From contig OZ260663.1 in NCBI GenBank assembly GCA_965285935.1, positions 52,080,001 to 52,144,000 of the forward strand: DNA of 64,000 nt, read 5' to 3'. Of this stretch, positions 14,001 through 29,000 are shown one piece after another; position 1 is the first letter of the stretch, and every line of letters begins with the position of its first letter. Source of the DNA: Ophelia neglecta. Its lineage: Eukaryota. The translations under genes were made by a program, and so were the position numbers. The notes below the pieces were generated by a model, which made no database searches, was not told the origin of the DNA, and saw only the letters and a program-made list of their open reading frames with translations.

Positions 14001-17000
14001 AGCAACTTATGGTCAATTGGGGAGAAATCTCGGTGCAGGGAAGTATGTAATCAGTTGGAGACAATGAGAGGGTTCCCCAGGGGATTCATTCAGGAGTGTA
14101 GAGCCTGGAGCAGCAGACAATACTCACAGTTACTAGGGATTAGGGGGAGATAAATCCAGACTAATGTCCATTTGATATTCCTGCAAACCCCTGTTATGTT
14201 CTTTGCAAAGTGTTGTGGCTTTCACTCCTATAAAAGAATCCCTTTAAACCTTGTTCTGCTCTCTTGTTATTTTCCATCGCAAATAATCCAACATATTGAA
14301 ACTTAACCCAATTGTATCAGGTTGACCATGGCTTTGTTCACATTTTAAATCACTGCTTTTAATCACATATTCTATAATTATTTCTTTGGAATTTATGTGG
14401 CCAAATATGTCTTAAGCAGTGATTTGTCCCAGAATTAACATCTGGGTTTTTTCTGAGAAAGGATATGTTTTGACAAATCATTTGCATGCTTGCGTACATG
14501 TACATGGCTGTACATCTTTCTGAATTTTCAGTGCTCTCATGGTAAATATTTTTTGGAATATGGCATTCAGAGTGCACTTGGGGCAGATTAGCGATGGCAT
14601 GCCTATGGAACCCAGTACAAGGCCATGTCAGAAGACAGGGTGCCAGCAATGGAAAATGAATTACCCATTAACACAACTATTGATAGATACATGTACCTAT
14701 ACAGATATATATATCCATGAAAGAATGGATCTTTAATCATTTTTTGTGTATCATAAAACAGCTTCATGCATCAACAAACCAATTTTTGTGTCTTTTGACA
14801 CTGCTCCTAAAGTTTCCCTGTTACATGTGTTTGCCTTGTCAGTCATGGACAGGAAGTAGCTGACATAATTTTAATATGATGAAAAAAAGTTTTAGTGAAA
14901 CAAACTAGAGGTCCAGTCTAAGGCCATACGTTTAGTGTAGGATTACACACAGGTTTATGTCTATCTTTTAATGTGTGTATTTAGTATCTGTGCACTAATG
15001 AAATTGTATTTTCCATTTATAATTAAGCAAATTATTTCTGGTTACATGTTGCTGCCATTTATTTTACAGGAGAAAGAAATCTGAGGTTATTAATAGGTAA
15101 AAAACATTACTAATACATGAGACACCAATGTAATGTGTCAATATTGAATACTTAATATTACAGTTAATGCTCTTTGGGCAAAAATACAATATATAATATA
15201 TGAATGAGTGTTTAAATCTACATGTACATGTTCCAGTATTTCATCCGTCAAAATCTAGTTCTTCCTGTTGATATCATATCCTGCTTTCTGAATAGATCCT
15301 TTTCATATTTAGTCAGGCTTAAATATTTAATAAATGTTTTTTCATAGTAACTTGCTAACCTGGTGGATTACTCCTTTCTATTATTTTTCAATGCAGTGTA
15401 GTTTACATCTTAAGCTCTTTATTCATTGAAAAATAAATTGGTTGAAATAAATATCATTTGGTGAATAAATGATGAAAACGTGCCAACCTTCAACAACCAA
15501 ATCATGAAATTCCCATGGAATGTGGGTCTCTGATCAATACATGATATCAACGCACGATATAACCTGTATTGTGCTGACCTGTTTGGCGAGCCCATTGATC
15601 TCCAGTCGTCGGCTGGAAAAAATACTCTTAGAGCCGCTGTATTTAGCTGATGAATATATGAAGGAGACAGCAATAAAAATCAGTTCTTCCAACTTTGGTT
15701 TATAAAGCTCGGCAGTGTTTTGATGATTTGAACAGGCGGGTTGGTGAATGTAGTTGTGTCTGTATTATTAGTAGCTCCTGTGCCAGTATCTCAAGATGGC
15801 CACGGCTGAAGTCAGGTATCGTTTTAATTTATATTTCTGGCATAAATGAGAATATAACTTGGATGATATTGCAAAAATTGATCAAATAGTAGGCAGTGGA
15901 GTGTGATTTGATCAAAGACCTTGCATAAACTTCAATTTCACCTGTTAAATAGCATATTCCATGTGAAGGCACCAACTTTCAATTTGGTTGAGATTTCCTC
16001 GCTAAAGATTATATTGCAGTTTGGCTCTCGGCGAGACTCTATCTTGCTTGCTCGCTACTTGTTTGGCTTCCAATTTTTGATTGTTCCAAATGTGTACTAT
16101 AGAGTTTGTAAGGAAATGCCAGACTTGAAGGTAAATAAAACACCCCACATTAGCCAAAACAAATATTGATCATGGATTTTACATCATTTAATTTCACTGC
16201 CACTGGGACGCTGCCATGGGTCTGTTATATGTACAAAAAGGTTTCTATCAGTTTACAGTGCCTATCTTGCCAAGCAGGTACCATTTAACAAAGAAGGTGT
16301 CTTTACATTCTTTTAAGATTTTATGTCTAAAGGAGTTAACTGCAATCGATGAAAAATGACTGCAGTTTGTAAACATGTAAAAGGCCTCCTCCAGTAGGCT
16401 TCCTATTATACAGGAGTTAATTTTCAATTGCTTGTTTTATCCATTTAAACATTTATGGTGTTTTCATATACATGAATATGAAATGTAATATCTTTGGTGT
16501 TGATAATGAGTGGCTAGTGGGATTTGAACCATTAGCTGGTAGTGAAGATCATTAACCTGTACTTGTACCAATTACCGATATACTCCATGTCAGTCTGATA
16601 ATGTACTTTTTGTGGTCATCCTCATGTGGTTTAACATATTGATGAACATGTATTGTTTCATGCATCAGCTAGTATACAGTGTACATGGACATGTACATGC
16701 CAAACCTCATGGCATTTTTAATCCATTCAGGATTCAAGTGGCTGGTATTATCATGTCTGGGGATGTGCTAATACCCATTGCCATGGTGATAGTTGCAGTG
16801 TTACTTGAATTAATTGTTTCAGAGATGTATACCCAGGGATGTCTCATTTGTGGCCAGCTGTGACAGTCAATAACTCTGGAAATTGCAGCAGACATCCACA
16901 TAATTGGTTCATTGAAATTGTTCCTGTGGCTTTTAAAAGAAATAAAGAAAGCTGGCTCTATGTTAAACCTGTGACCTGAGGTCAGGCTTTGTGTCACAGA

Positions 17001-20000
17001 TTCCTGACTATATCCAGGAAACATAAGCACAGGTAATAATATACTGGGCCAATGTAAGGTAATTAATGTGGACTGGTCCAAATAGCTGTCTGTAGGGGTA
17101 ACAGGTTAGGTCTATCTGAGTCTACACAGTAAACATTGATAATATCTACTTTTTATCCATTACAATACAACATCTAATTGCCCTCTATTGCAGTTTATTA
17201 TTTTACCACAACATCAGAGTTATAAAAACTACTACAACTTGTGATGTGCCAGTGTGTCTGATTTATTGTACTATCTTCGTCTGTCCTATTATCACCTATC
17301 ATTCCTTTATTGTGCCCAATATTTACCTTGCCCACATTTCATGCCAGTTTGTATTGATGCTGATCCGAAATCCAAATACTGCACAATTCTCTTTAGATAT
17401 TGTGTTTTGCCTGTATAACTGATTGTGGACTACCTGTACTTGTGTCTCTGTACGATCGTTTATGCAGGAATTTCTTTACCCACTGATATGACGGCAGGCA
17501 GTTCTCAAAGGAATAGGAGATAATTTAATATTATCAAAATACATTGAACATGTACAAGCGTATTGATTAATGGATCAATTTCAGCTACTAGGAAACATCA
17601 CATACATAAGAGGAGCTTGTGAATGCAGTGTCTTGTGTTCAGGTGCATATTATCATTTCTCATTAGAATTGTATGACGGCCATTCATGATAGAACATTGC
17701 TGTATGAAGTGCCAATAAATTATGTCACCAAGTGTAAATTAAATTAGTGATCTGCTGTGTGTATATTGTCATTTTCCATCTGGACATATACACATACAGG
17801 ACAAACAGTGTTATCTATTGGAGTTTGATTGTTTTTCCATTTCTGAGGTTAAAGTAGATTACATTATAATTCCATCTGTTGAAAATAGTGTCTACAGCGA
17901 ACATCTAATCTATACAAGGTGTGCCTCCTAGTTCCTTTGTCTTAAACTACTGGAATAGATATCCAAGGAACATATAAAAACACTGGCTACATACATACAC
18001 GTTCTGGTATATCTGTAGAAAACCTCCATGCAGCAGCTGGTCATTCTTGTGCCATCAGTCCTGTCAATGTGAATTGAGACCAACTGGGATGTGCCCGACT
18101 GCAGCTTGACTCTACAGCCTGCTTGACCCACTCTCAGGCCGGCCCAGGACAAGATCACAGCGCATGGGAGGCGATCGCATTTATTTGACATGGAACCAAC
18201 TGACTAGGTCATCATATTGATGCTTCATATTGACATTTTCTATTGACTGAGAAAACTAGCCGTGGTGTGGTGTGGTGTGGCGTGCCAAAAGACACTTAGT
18301 TTAGTACAGACATTCAGGAGTACAGCACTGTCTTTATACAGTGCCCGGAGGAGCTTTTAACACAATAGGCTATCAATGCTAGTTAATTGAGGTAAATCAT
18401 AATCTAAGGGATTTACCAGGCAAAGTCTGTAGGCGTGTATAATCTCCTGACAAAGTGGTATTCTTGTGCATAACAAAGCTGTCAAATACTGTCAAATTGA
18501 TTGAGAGGACTGCTATTCAATCCCAGGTGCCTAGTTGATGGCTAGTAAGGAGTAATATTCAAAATAACAAGAGGTAGCAGGTAGAGTGTTACAGTTTTAC
18601 TGAACTGATACCCATAATCTGTTGGGCTCTTGGACTCTCTACACTGTCATTTAGCCTCTCTGCTGTGCATCTGCTGTAATCCTGGTTGTGTGGTCAGGTT
18701 TGAGGGAGCATCACTCCACAAGCCACTGTGTCTGGCACCACCTGATTGAGGCCCCAGCTGATGGAGGTTTGGTTGAAAATAACTCAGCTCTGACTCATTA
18801 CCTACATATACATATTTAAAAACCATTGAGCCATCTACTACATCTGCCTATGGATATCTAGCGACACTGGTGTTGCTGATACTGGGCCACGTATACTGTT
18901 GAGCCAATGCCAAAGTAAGGAAGTTCAGAGGCCACAGCTGAGGCACATTACAAGAGAGAGTATCTGTGCCTAGGTATACTGCAGTAACTTCTGCCAGCCT
19001 CACCCATCCCCAACTCTAAAACAAGCTTACATTACCAGCTTGTTGGACTGTGCACAGTACATCTACCATTTTGTGTTTTTTGGAAAGGGGTAGAAACATT
19101 GTTGGATAGCAGAAAGTGGCTAGGATTACAGAAGAGAACAGAAAGAAGATTGCACAATTTGCACTGTGGAGAATCAACTGTCTTTACATAACTTGTATTA
19201 GAAAAGCAGGCATTAAATGTTTGCTTAGCCAGTGCAGCTGCTCCCTGCGTTCAGTGGAATAAATAGACTTACTTGTCAGTTCGGCTTGATAGTGAAGCCT
19301 CTTTCTGATTTCTTTCATCAAGGGCATCTCTTCTACATCATTGGATCTATTTCGGATTAACTTAATTGCTTAGCAACATGTCAGATATGGAAAAGGTTGA
19401 GTATTTGCAAACACCTATGGGGTAAGTACTTCTGATCTTTAATTCATGGCATATGTTTGTTGTCTCAGATTAGAGAAGAAAAATATGTGGCAAACAATCT
19501 GTTGCAAGAGGCCAAATGGCCATGCCTAGGTCCAACATTGAGCTTGGAAAATAAGGATTTATCTTTCAAGGTGCACTGATGATGCTAATAAAAACTAAAT
19601 TAGTAATTCAAGGTGCACTGATGATGCTAATAAAAATTAAAATTAGTAATTGAAGGACCCATGTTTTTTAGGGAACCTTGATTCAATGATGTACATGTAT
19701 GTGGCTACTTCACATGGAGTGTACATGTATATTTCAAGTTACATGCTCTTCTGTTTTTCTGACCTTGTTTACTCACTAATATATCTAATGCCATGCCACC
19801 ACTTTTTGTCTCCTTAATGTCAACATTTCTATCTAGGCACAACTACCCAGATAAAGACACTCCCCTTATAGTTTTTTTGCATGTGCCAGGGGAGGACCAC
19901 TGTATCTTGACATACAAATCAACTTCTTGAGCTGTTGGGAGTAAAGTAGGTCATGGGAAAAGTGTGCTCAAGTTTAAGGTGTGGCTTAGCTCAGTGGTAT

Positions 20001-23000
20001 TTGCGAATTGTTTGCATACATGTACATCATTGAGATTACAAAGTTTTTCTCCATACCCCTCTTGTTGTTAAATCCAAGACATGGGATGTAATAATGAATT
20101 CAAGTGTTTAAATAAAACCCCGATACAAAAAGTACATCAAACAAAAAAGATAAGTAGAGTCTGTTAGTTGTATACAAGTTCATAAAAAGCATGGTGGTCC
20201 TAGTTGGACTACATAACCCTAAAAAGAGATACATGTACAAATTATTATATACCTTGTGGAATACACCCTAGGTAGATGTACATGAACATGTAGTGTGATT
20301 ACCAGTAAGTCATTTGGAAATTTGACAAATATACATTTTGTGTTTACCCCAAAGATGGGATCTAGCCTGTTATAAAGGTAAATCAGAGTATAAGGCAGAG
20401 ACTTATTACCATTTACAAATTTTCTAAATTAGACAAGCTGCACTGAACACATTATGTTAGTATAAGGCATCATTTATAATGTATTGGTTAACAAAAATTA
20501 GTTGACAAATCATTAACAAGGTAGAAGGAAGGATCATTTTCCTGGGCAGAGGAAATAAAATTGTCCATTTCAAATTTTAATTTTATTCCAATTTCCAATC
20601 AAATTGACCAGGCCAATCTTGTAAAGCAACATAATAAAAATGATGACCTAATAATGAAATATTTTTCATCTTTAAGTTTGTTTACAAAAATAAAAACTTG
20701 GATGCCAAAGAATGATATATTTTACTAATTGCTGACTATTAACAGCTCAGATTGATGTAGAAATGTGCCTGCAGATAGTCCTAAGTCATGCAATATTCAT
20801 GTTGCACATGTACGTTCTGTGTATATTCACAGAAATGTTGTTCGAAATATAATTGAATTATCTTTCAATAAATGTGCCTTTTGATTTAACAGTAATAAAT
20901 CAATGAAATGTAAGTTTGTCACTTACAATTAATTCACTCTAGGAAGTTATTTAGTGGTTGAAGGAGTAACTCAGCATGTTGAGGTATGGATATTTATACA
21001 GTGAGAGATTTGTCCAATTAGATGGAGACCACCCTAAGCATGGTACGAGGGGAGCAGAGAGTTGTGCCTCAGAGCAGATTGCCACCTGCCAATACTATGG
21101 TGGTTGTCCAGAGGCAAAATCCGTTTAAAACATGCTCATTTTATCACACTGACTGTCAGTTGTGTGGTTGTCAATGCCTTTAATAGGAAATGACAAATTT
21201 CAGTGCCCTGCTATGCTCAGGCCAGGCCTGTTTAGGCCACTAGACCTCCCTGTGAAGTACCTGAAGCATGGGATGCTGATGGCACAGGCAAACCTTTGAG
21301 CCTAGCATGGTGATGTTTTTTGGCAGCTGAAATGTCCTATTTCCTTCAAAATATTGATTCTCAATTCCCATGAAAGTTTATTTATTTCCATCAGATCATC
21401 AAAGTGAAGTGTTGTTACATTGGCTGAAATATTGTATAATTATGAAGTGACATAAATGAAATGTTATATGGCTGGCTATTTTGATTGTAGCGGCTGAATA
21501 CTGGTAATGAGAAAAAAATGTAATTATGGTGTATTGCTTAAAAAGTGTGTAGAACTAGACTATAAGGAAATAATTCAAGCTCTCAGAAATGTTATTTACT
21601 TGATATGAGTCCTTATGATATAAAGTGTGTCACCTTCCCAGATGCCTTTATTATACAGGGCAATTTTAACATGAAATACATGTATGGCAATACAACATGT
21701 AACACCAAGTTGTACATTACAGCATTAGGCAAATGCACTAGTACCGCTGTATTGGCTCAATGGTGAAGACTTCAGGATAATATTGAATGCTAAGAACTTA
21801 GACAGATTGTAAAGTTAGTAGAAATTGAGTGAAGAGACTAAAACCATGGCAACCAAGGCAAAATGCATTGTTATCTAGTCATTTAAACTCATTGAAAACT
21901 CATCCTAGTTTTGCAAAGGATTATGACTCTTATAATTGGGAGCAAAGTATAAACAATATCATTTTAAGTATTACATTAGTGGTATGACCTTGTTGCTGCA
22001 AAAAACCCTGTTTTTCCAGTGTAAATATTACTCCCAGGAGATAAATGGCTAAAAGATCATCTATGCACAAGGTATGAAAGAATAAATAGGCAAAAGGCTA
22101 ACACCGTCCTCTGGATGTCTCAGGGGAGAATTGACTTGGAATGGCTCTTTTTATTTTACCAATTAAACACGTACCCTGGTGAACACCACACCAGTATGAT
22201 AATAGCCATAAATATTTAATACAGTAACTCAAGATAATGGTGGAAATCAATAATGTAAATGGGGCTAGATCTGATTCATAAAACTGGTTCTTATTTTGCA
22301 CACTGCCTCCAACTCAGGAGTTCCCTTGTTGATCTGTATCTGGTAGAAGAAATGGATCCTGGAACCTCCTCAGATCTGTCTGCACTTATTGGAATGAACC
22401 GCCTGCACCAAGGGCGAGCGATGCTGTGGGAATGTTTAGCTCAGACAAATCAACTTGGACAAGGATTTGTTTTTTTAACTACAGGGGTCAAGTGGTGTTT
22501 TTTTTTTTTGTATTCCAGTAGGCACCACACACATGTATACCTGTAATGTTATAATCCATGCATTGTTTTTTCTTCAAATAAAAGAGCTTGATGTATAGAA
22601 TGAGACCTCAAGTTTAAGTTAAGCAGCTTGTTCCAGAACACATAGTGTTTCGTTGCAGTATTTGCTGTTGATGGGCGTTGTTTGCCTACCAGGCCTGTGA
22701 GTAGTTTGTTCTTGGTAATATTGCCAGCTATCATCTCTTTCACAGAGGAGACAGACATGGACTGAATCCTCAATTTATTTTGGAGAAGAAAGTCATTGGA
22801 ATGATAATGCATTCAATATTAACATCTGAGCACAGATGCTTGTTTAATACTGCCAGTGAATCATATACATCATACATGTACACATATATGTACAAGTTTA
22901 CATATTTTATTCAACATTGGCTTTCAGGGGACATTTTTTTTCTGCCCATTTTTTCTTAATGATAATAAAAGCTTATTAGATTGACTACTCCTTTTTATTT

Positions 23001-26000
23001 GGGTGATATTTATTAATAGTATTTTCAAACTTTATATCATAGTCATGTATTTTTTTCAATTACAAAAAAGTTTAAAAATGACATTTAGTAAAGTGAATTA
23101 ATATAGAGTCAGTGTGATATCTGATACCAAAAAGCATTCCTCTTTCAAGCTATATTAAGTACTAAAACACTTGCATACCTGTTTGTGATAATCATACCTG
23201 GGGAGTATTAATACTGATGCTGGCTACATATGCTACAGCTGTCATCCTCCATTGAGAATTGAAAGCCTGAGCAGATGTGATAAATGAACGAGGATTATGG
23301 ACTGGATAGACAGCCAACTTTTAGCAAGGTTGATCACTGAACCCAACCTGTGACAAATAATCAATATAATATTGAAGTTTTGTTACATAAATTCTGCTAA
23401 TTTCCCAGTTCATACATATAAACAAGTAACAGTTGATATAATTTTTACATGACAACACACACTGTAAATGTAAATGTACCAGTCAGTACATGAATATCAG
23501 TTAATATTTAAGTAGGAGCTTCTCTTGCCCCTAGCAGTTGAAGACAGTGGAACAAATGCTTCCTATCAAAGTAGAAATATGAATACTGCTAAGTGCCGAT
23601 GCTAAAATGATCCATTCATGTGCTTTTTATGGCTGATGCATATCTTGGTTTCCACAGGAGCTCTGGTTATATGAGAGCCGGTGGAATCATTCTACATATA
23701 CGTTGTACGTGGAATTGTATTCTAATCAATAGACTATGTTAGAACAAATGCCACAAGATATGTATGGTATGCCAAGCATGCCAGACACACTTGCCTTAGG
23801 ACTGGGTTTCATAATTATAATCATATTTCCTCCCATTTACCCTCTGCTGGTTGCCAGAGGTTGATTATTTCTCTGATTTCACACCTGCCCTGCCCTGTCA
23901 GTGACTGTTAATGATCACCTAGACACAGGCAATCAATTTAGTGTCCTTAGCACTTCACGACATGGCTGGTTCCTTAAGTGAAGATATTTATAATAGATTT
24001 GCCAATATAATTTGTAAATTTTGATTGTAGCAGTAGCAGTAATCTACCATGGAAATGTTAATAACACAGTTACAGTTATAAGCACATTTCTATTTAAAAT
24101 CAATATGTGGGAATTATACGAACTGAATGTCTTATCCCCCTGGCTTATGTATTTGTATATAGACCATGTTGCTTAACAAATCCTTCAAGTGCTGCTTTGG
24201 TATTTCATGTTCAGTGAAAACAAAATCATTATTAAGATCAGCCATGTCTTGTTGTTTTTTGCTGTTTTTGCCTGATAAGCTTGCTTTTGACTTTTGGCGA
24301 AACTAAGGCAGCTGTGGGAAAATTAATCCAACTTTCCAAGAAAAGACGAGCAGTTTTTGGCACAAAAACAAACATGGGTTGATCTAAAGCCAGTGCCTGT
24401 TTACTAATAACCACCTACTGTGAGGTGGCTGGTGATTGTCTAACACAACTGTGGAAAGACACAAAAACACATTCTTAAAACATGCATGCTTTTAATCATT
24501 TGTATCTAAAACCATCTAACACAATGGGAGATCAGCTGAATAAGATCCATGGCTACTACCCTACCAGATACTCAGTCACAATTATGTGAAACTTTGACTT
24601 GTAATTGCAATCTTCGTTTTAAATATCTGCTCATAAGATACACTCAAATGCCAGTGTGTAATATGTACAAGTATACGTGTATTATTTTTTCTTGTAGAAG
24701 CATTTTTCTTGTACCAATTTTTTAATGTCACTAAAGACTTTAAATATTTGTAAAAGTTGTGTTATTCTTTAAGTCTTAACAGCATGTTAGTAAAGAACTG
24801 GAATGATCGTCCCCTCTCAAAACTGGCGGGGCTATTTTTTAGTGTATAATTAGTCTGCTGGTGGTCATGATGTTAATGACTTTGTCCTGAGACTGTCTGC
24901 TAAGTATCAAGCTCTAACTATACCTACAAGTACAATGTAAGTTGGTAAGATGTACAGTATGACACGTAGGCCATGGTGGGGGGTAAAGAATCTCTTTATT
25001 GGACACCCGAGGCTCTGCTTGTCTAATGACAGGAGTGCTGGTAATTGGCTTTGAGGACTACCACTCAGGTGATTTACATCTCTCTTCAACCTTTAGTTAT
25101 TGTAATTAGATAGATGGTATTCTTAACTGTCTATTAGGTATGTATTTGCAGGTGTGCCAGTTTATGTGGCATGATAGGATTGACCCGTGACTACCTGCTA
25201 AATGAGTAAATGTATATATTAATTCATCATTACATGTACACTGTACATCTATTCAGCACATGAATTCTGCTATACTTCTAGCACAATACAATACTTAATG
25301 GCATATAGAAATCAAAGGCTTGATCACGATTTCTAGCAATAAACAAAAATGACCACACATTCTCCTGTAGGATCAGAGGGTTGTTTAGTTTACTGGTGTA
25401 TTTTACATAGACAGTAGTAGGCAATGATACTTTGAGAGCTACACGCAGGTAGGAAAGTTACAACCTGGTTCCTGCCCAGTCATTTTATACTTTGTTGTTG
25501 TCTGGTGTGTTTATTGTCTTCATGTGGCCATAAGGAAAGCATCTAGATAGTTAATCAGACACAGATGTGCCCCCTAAAAATCTCACTGTTTTCCATTTAA
25601 AACACATCTACAATATGATAAAAGCGAGAGAGGACAGGGGAAGGGCATGAGAATGTTTGTTCATTTGGCATACTTTCTAAAGGCGCTGCATCTTTTGACA
25701 CCATCAGTCTTTAATAGCTGCATGTACCAGGGCCCTAATCAGGGGCAGAAGGCCCTCTGGGTTGGGGGGGGGGGGGAGGGGGGGGGGCATGTTGACAAAC
25801 TTCTAGCTGGTACGGATATGTCAAATAGCAGTACATATACTATTGTAGCATAATAATAACTGGTCATGCATTTTTAGGTTCTAAAGGTGAAAAGCAAAGT
25901 GGCTTATATGCCTTGTCTCTGTGATAAGGGGCATCCCTGGGATAAGGGCGTCTCTGGGATAAGGGCGTCTCTGGGGCGTTTACCGCCTTCATCTTTATGT

Positions 26001-29000
26001 GGATCATACCTGCTGTGATTCAAGGTCAGAGGTCACCTTAGGTTATCAAGTTATAACCTTGTCATCAACTGTTACCATGACTACCTAGGGTGGCCTGTCT
26101 GGCCAACTGATATATGACAGGCCTAATTGGACTGATCTGTACAAGGAGTCCCTTGAGATTGGCCTATACTCTAGGATTTCTCAGCAGTTAGATCCTGTTT
26201 GTTGGGCTTTCCCTACAGGATTGTATTAAGAGTCATAAAATAAGGGAACTGCAAAAGAAACAAGGCTAAGAAAAAAAAAAAATTCTGAATCATCAGAATA
26301 ATACTCAAATTTTTTTCAAACCTATATATGACATTGATAGGATGAACAGATAAAGGTTTTTTTTTTACATTGATAAGTTTCTTTACAGAAATTAACATAT
26401 AGGAGGGTGAGAGTAAGAATGGCCTTAACTTCACACCACTGAGGGTGATATCGCAGATCACTACTCACCACCACCCTATATAATGTGAGACTAGCCCATC
26501 TAGCTGTCCAGACTAGACTTAGCCCGGCACATTCCAGATGGTATATATGTTCACTCAGTTTAGCACCAGTCGTTGTTTACAAACAGCTCCCCTGACCTTT
26601 AAGCCAGTGGATCCAGTTGGAAACCATATTTATAAACATATATATATCAGTCCAAAGGTCAGCCACTCCCTGGTAACAGATATATGTGAATGTCCGACAT
26701 ACATGTACACATGTACATTGGCTTGAATGAATCATTCAAAATCCGACTTCAGTTCACATGCTAAAACAAGTCAACCCATTGTCTCCACATGATAAATATA
26801 TCAATGCAAAATGATGGATGGAACCAGAGAAAATTGATGGATTATGGAGTAATGTAGAATATAACACAAAAGCAATGAAATAGAAAGTTCCTGAAGGCCA
26901 TAAACACATAAGACAAACCTCTGTATTTTCTCTATATAAAGGACTTTGCACCTCTGATCTCTCATGTGGCGAGGACAGTTCTATGTATCTTTTTGGGATC
27001 GACTTAGCTTTTTGTCAGATAGATCTGCACAAAGCCAGCTGCCGAGAACAACCTGGGCAAATCTAGTGCCTGCAGTTTGTGGTGTGTGTGATTGTTTTAC
27101 CGTAATCTACTTGGTACTGATATTTTGAGACTGATGTCAGAATGTTTTGTGCCATAAAAAAACCACAGCTGCTGTAGGCAGAAACGTGATTTCAGACAAA
27201 TGTCACATTGATAATTAATTAAAGGCAAATGCAAGTTGATTTCTTAGTTTTGCCCATTAGATCTTAAGTATATTTTTTTCTTTTAATATAGTTCAAATTG
27301 TGATTTTTAGTTAAAAAAAATATGCAAGTATAATTGCTGGAATGGAAGTGATACCTCAATTATTTATGCTCTCTGCTTTTTTCTGATATTATTGGAGACA
27401 ACATTGCATCTATAATGAAGTATATCATTTCATTGAGCATTCCTATCACAATCAGAGCGGACAGTCCACATTCACCACTCCAAATGGTAGATCAATAATA
27501 CATAACTCTGTTGCTCCTACTCCCCGCCAGACACGAGACAACTTCTCCCTTTATAGACCATCAAACGGCATACAAGCTGAGAAAATAACATCAAAAATGA
27601 CTGTAAGAATGAGGTCAAATGGGGCCCAAATAAATATAAAATAGGAAAATATAGGAAAATATCGGCTTCCTCATGTTGTTCTGGGAACATACTATAATTT
27701 GTGTAATGGTTGTTGTATCAGTTAATGGTGTGGAGATCTATTATCATTGGCTATTATTTATGCCGGTGAATGTGACCTTAGGAGGACCGGCACAAGACGG
27801 CTTTGGCTTTAACATTAAGTTGAGCAGAGGAATGTCTGCCGTGAATATTGTCCATATATCATACATCAGCCGTACTACTGATCAGTGACAAGTGCCACAC
27901 AGCCACTGACATTGTACGGACCATCTTCTCATGTTTTCATATCAGACAGGAAATTATTTCACAGACAAGTTCGAATAATTCTTGAGTGGCCGCCCAATGA
28001 GGTTAGCAAGCCCATACGTCATTGGCTGGCTGCCTGTCCAGAGAGGCTTGCTCACTAGGTCAGCCTTTGTGCAGCAGCCCAATGGTCCATTTCCTTGGGT
28101 GTGAATTACCACCGAGCTGCTCTGTCGGGCTGCTCGCAAGAGATCACTGACCACGAGGCTGTCCAAGGAGAGACCTCCATGCATTAGATCTGGAATAGCC
28201 ATAGATATTTGGTAGACATTTCCCTGATGGTTTGGTGACAGCAAAGACCAATACCACAGAACTCATAAATTAATATTTATCATCTTTTCTTATCATTTTT
28301 TTATCAACCATTTTTTATCACCTTTGAAGTAAGATTTAGTATGTGTCCCAGGAATGTAAAACATTTGATCTGAGAACAGTTTCCATAATGTTCAATCAGC
28401 CCAATGATAGTGGTATAATGTGTTGATACATGCCTTCTTTTGGCATGATGTTAGAAAACTTGGAAATTGATATCAGACAAGATACTATATGGACATCATG
28501 TTTACAGACCTGGGCCCCTGCCAGCATTAATCAATTGAAATTATGACTCAAGTCAAAATGTGAATGAGACTGGCATGTTTGAGTCATTACGTAAAACATA
28601 CCCACATCACTTGTTCATGTGTGCCAGCCACAGTTTGGTTGTCTCGCCTTGCCCTGAAGACATTCTAAGAATAGTCTGTGTCTGATCACCAATCAGTTCT
28701 CCCGACTGGCTCCAGACAGTCATCCTGGATTGGGACACTTTCTCACCACAGCGGATGCCCAGCCAAACGCTAAATCTAACATGCAATTGCTTTGATCGTG
28801 AAGGATCAGTGATGTTATAGAGAACACAGGACAAATATGATTGTATGTGTATATGTACTGGTGTTCTGGGCTAATATAAATATAAAGTGTTGTAGAAATA
28901 TTTATGGTGAAATTTTCACATTTGAATTGTAAGTCCAAATAAAAGTGCCATGATTGTGTGTATATTCATCTTAATATTTTAAAAGTGCCGAACCATTATT

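Noticed and set aside
16116-16130. ATG CCA GAC TTG AAG|gtaaat as a fourth first exon of the CaaX gene
   Set aside because: The donor is phase 0 and cannot join the phase-2 acceptor without an extra exon
27456-27613. Open frame SGQSTFTTPNGRS...KMTVRM as a phase 0->2 bridging exon
   Set aside because: Needs a weak AG|gtcaaa donor and a mediocre acceptor; a stronger donor nearby gives the wrong phase
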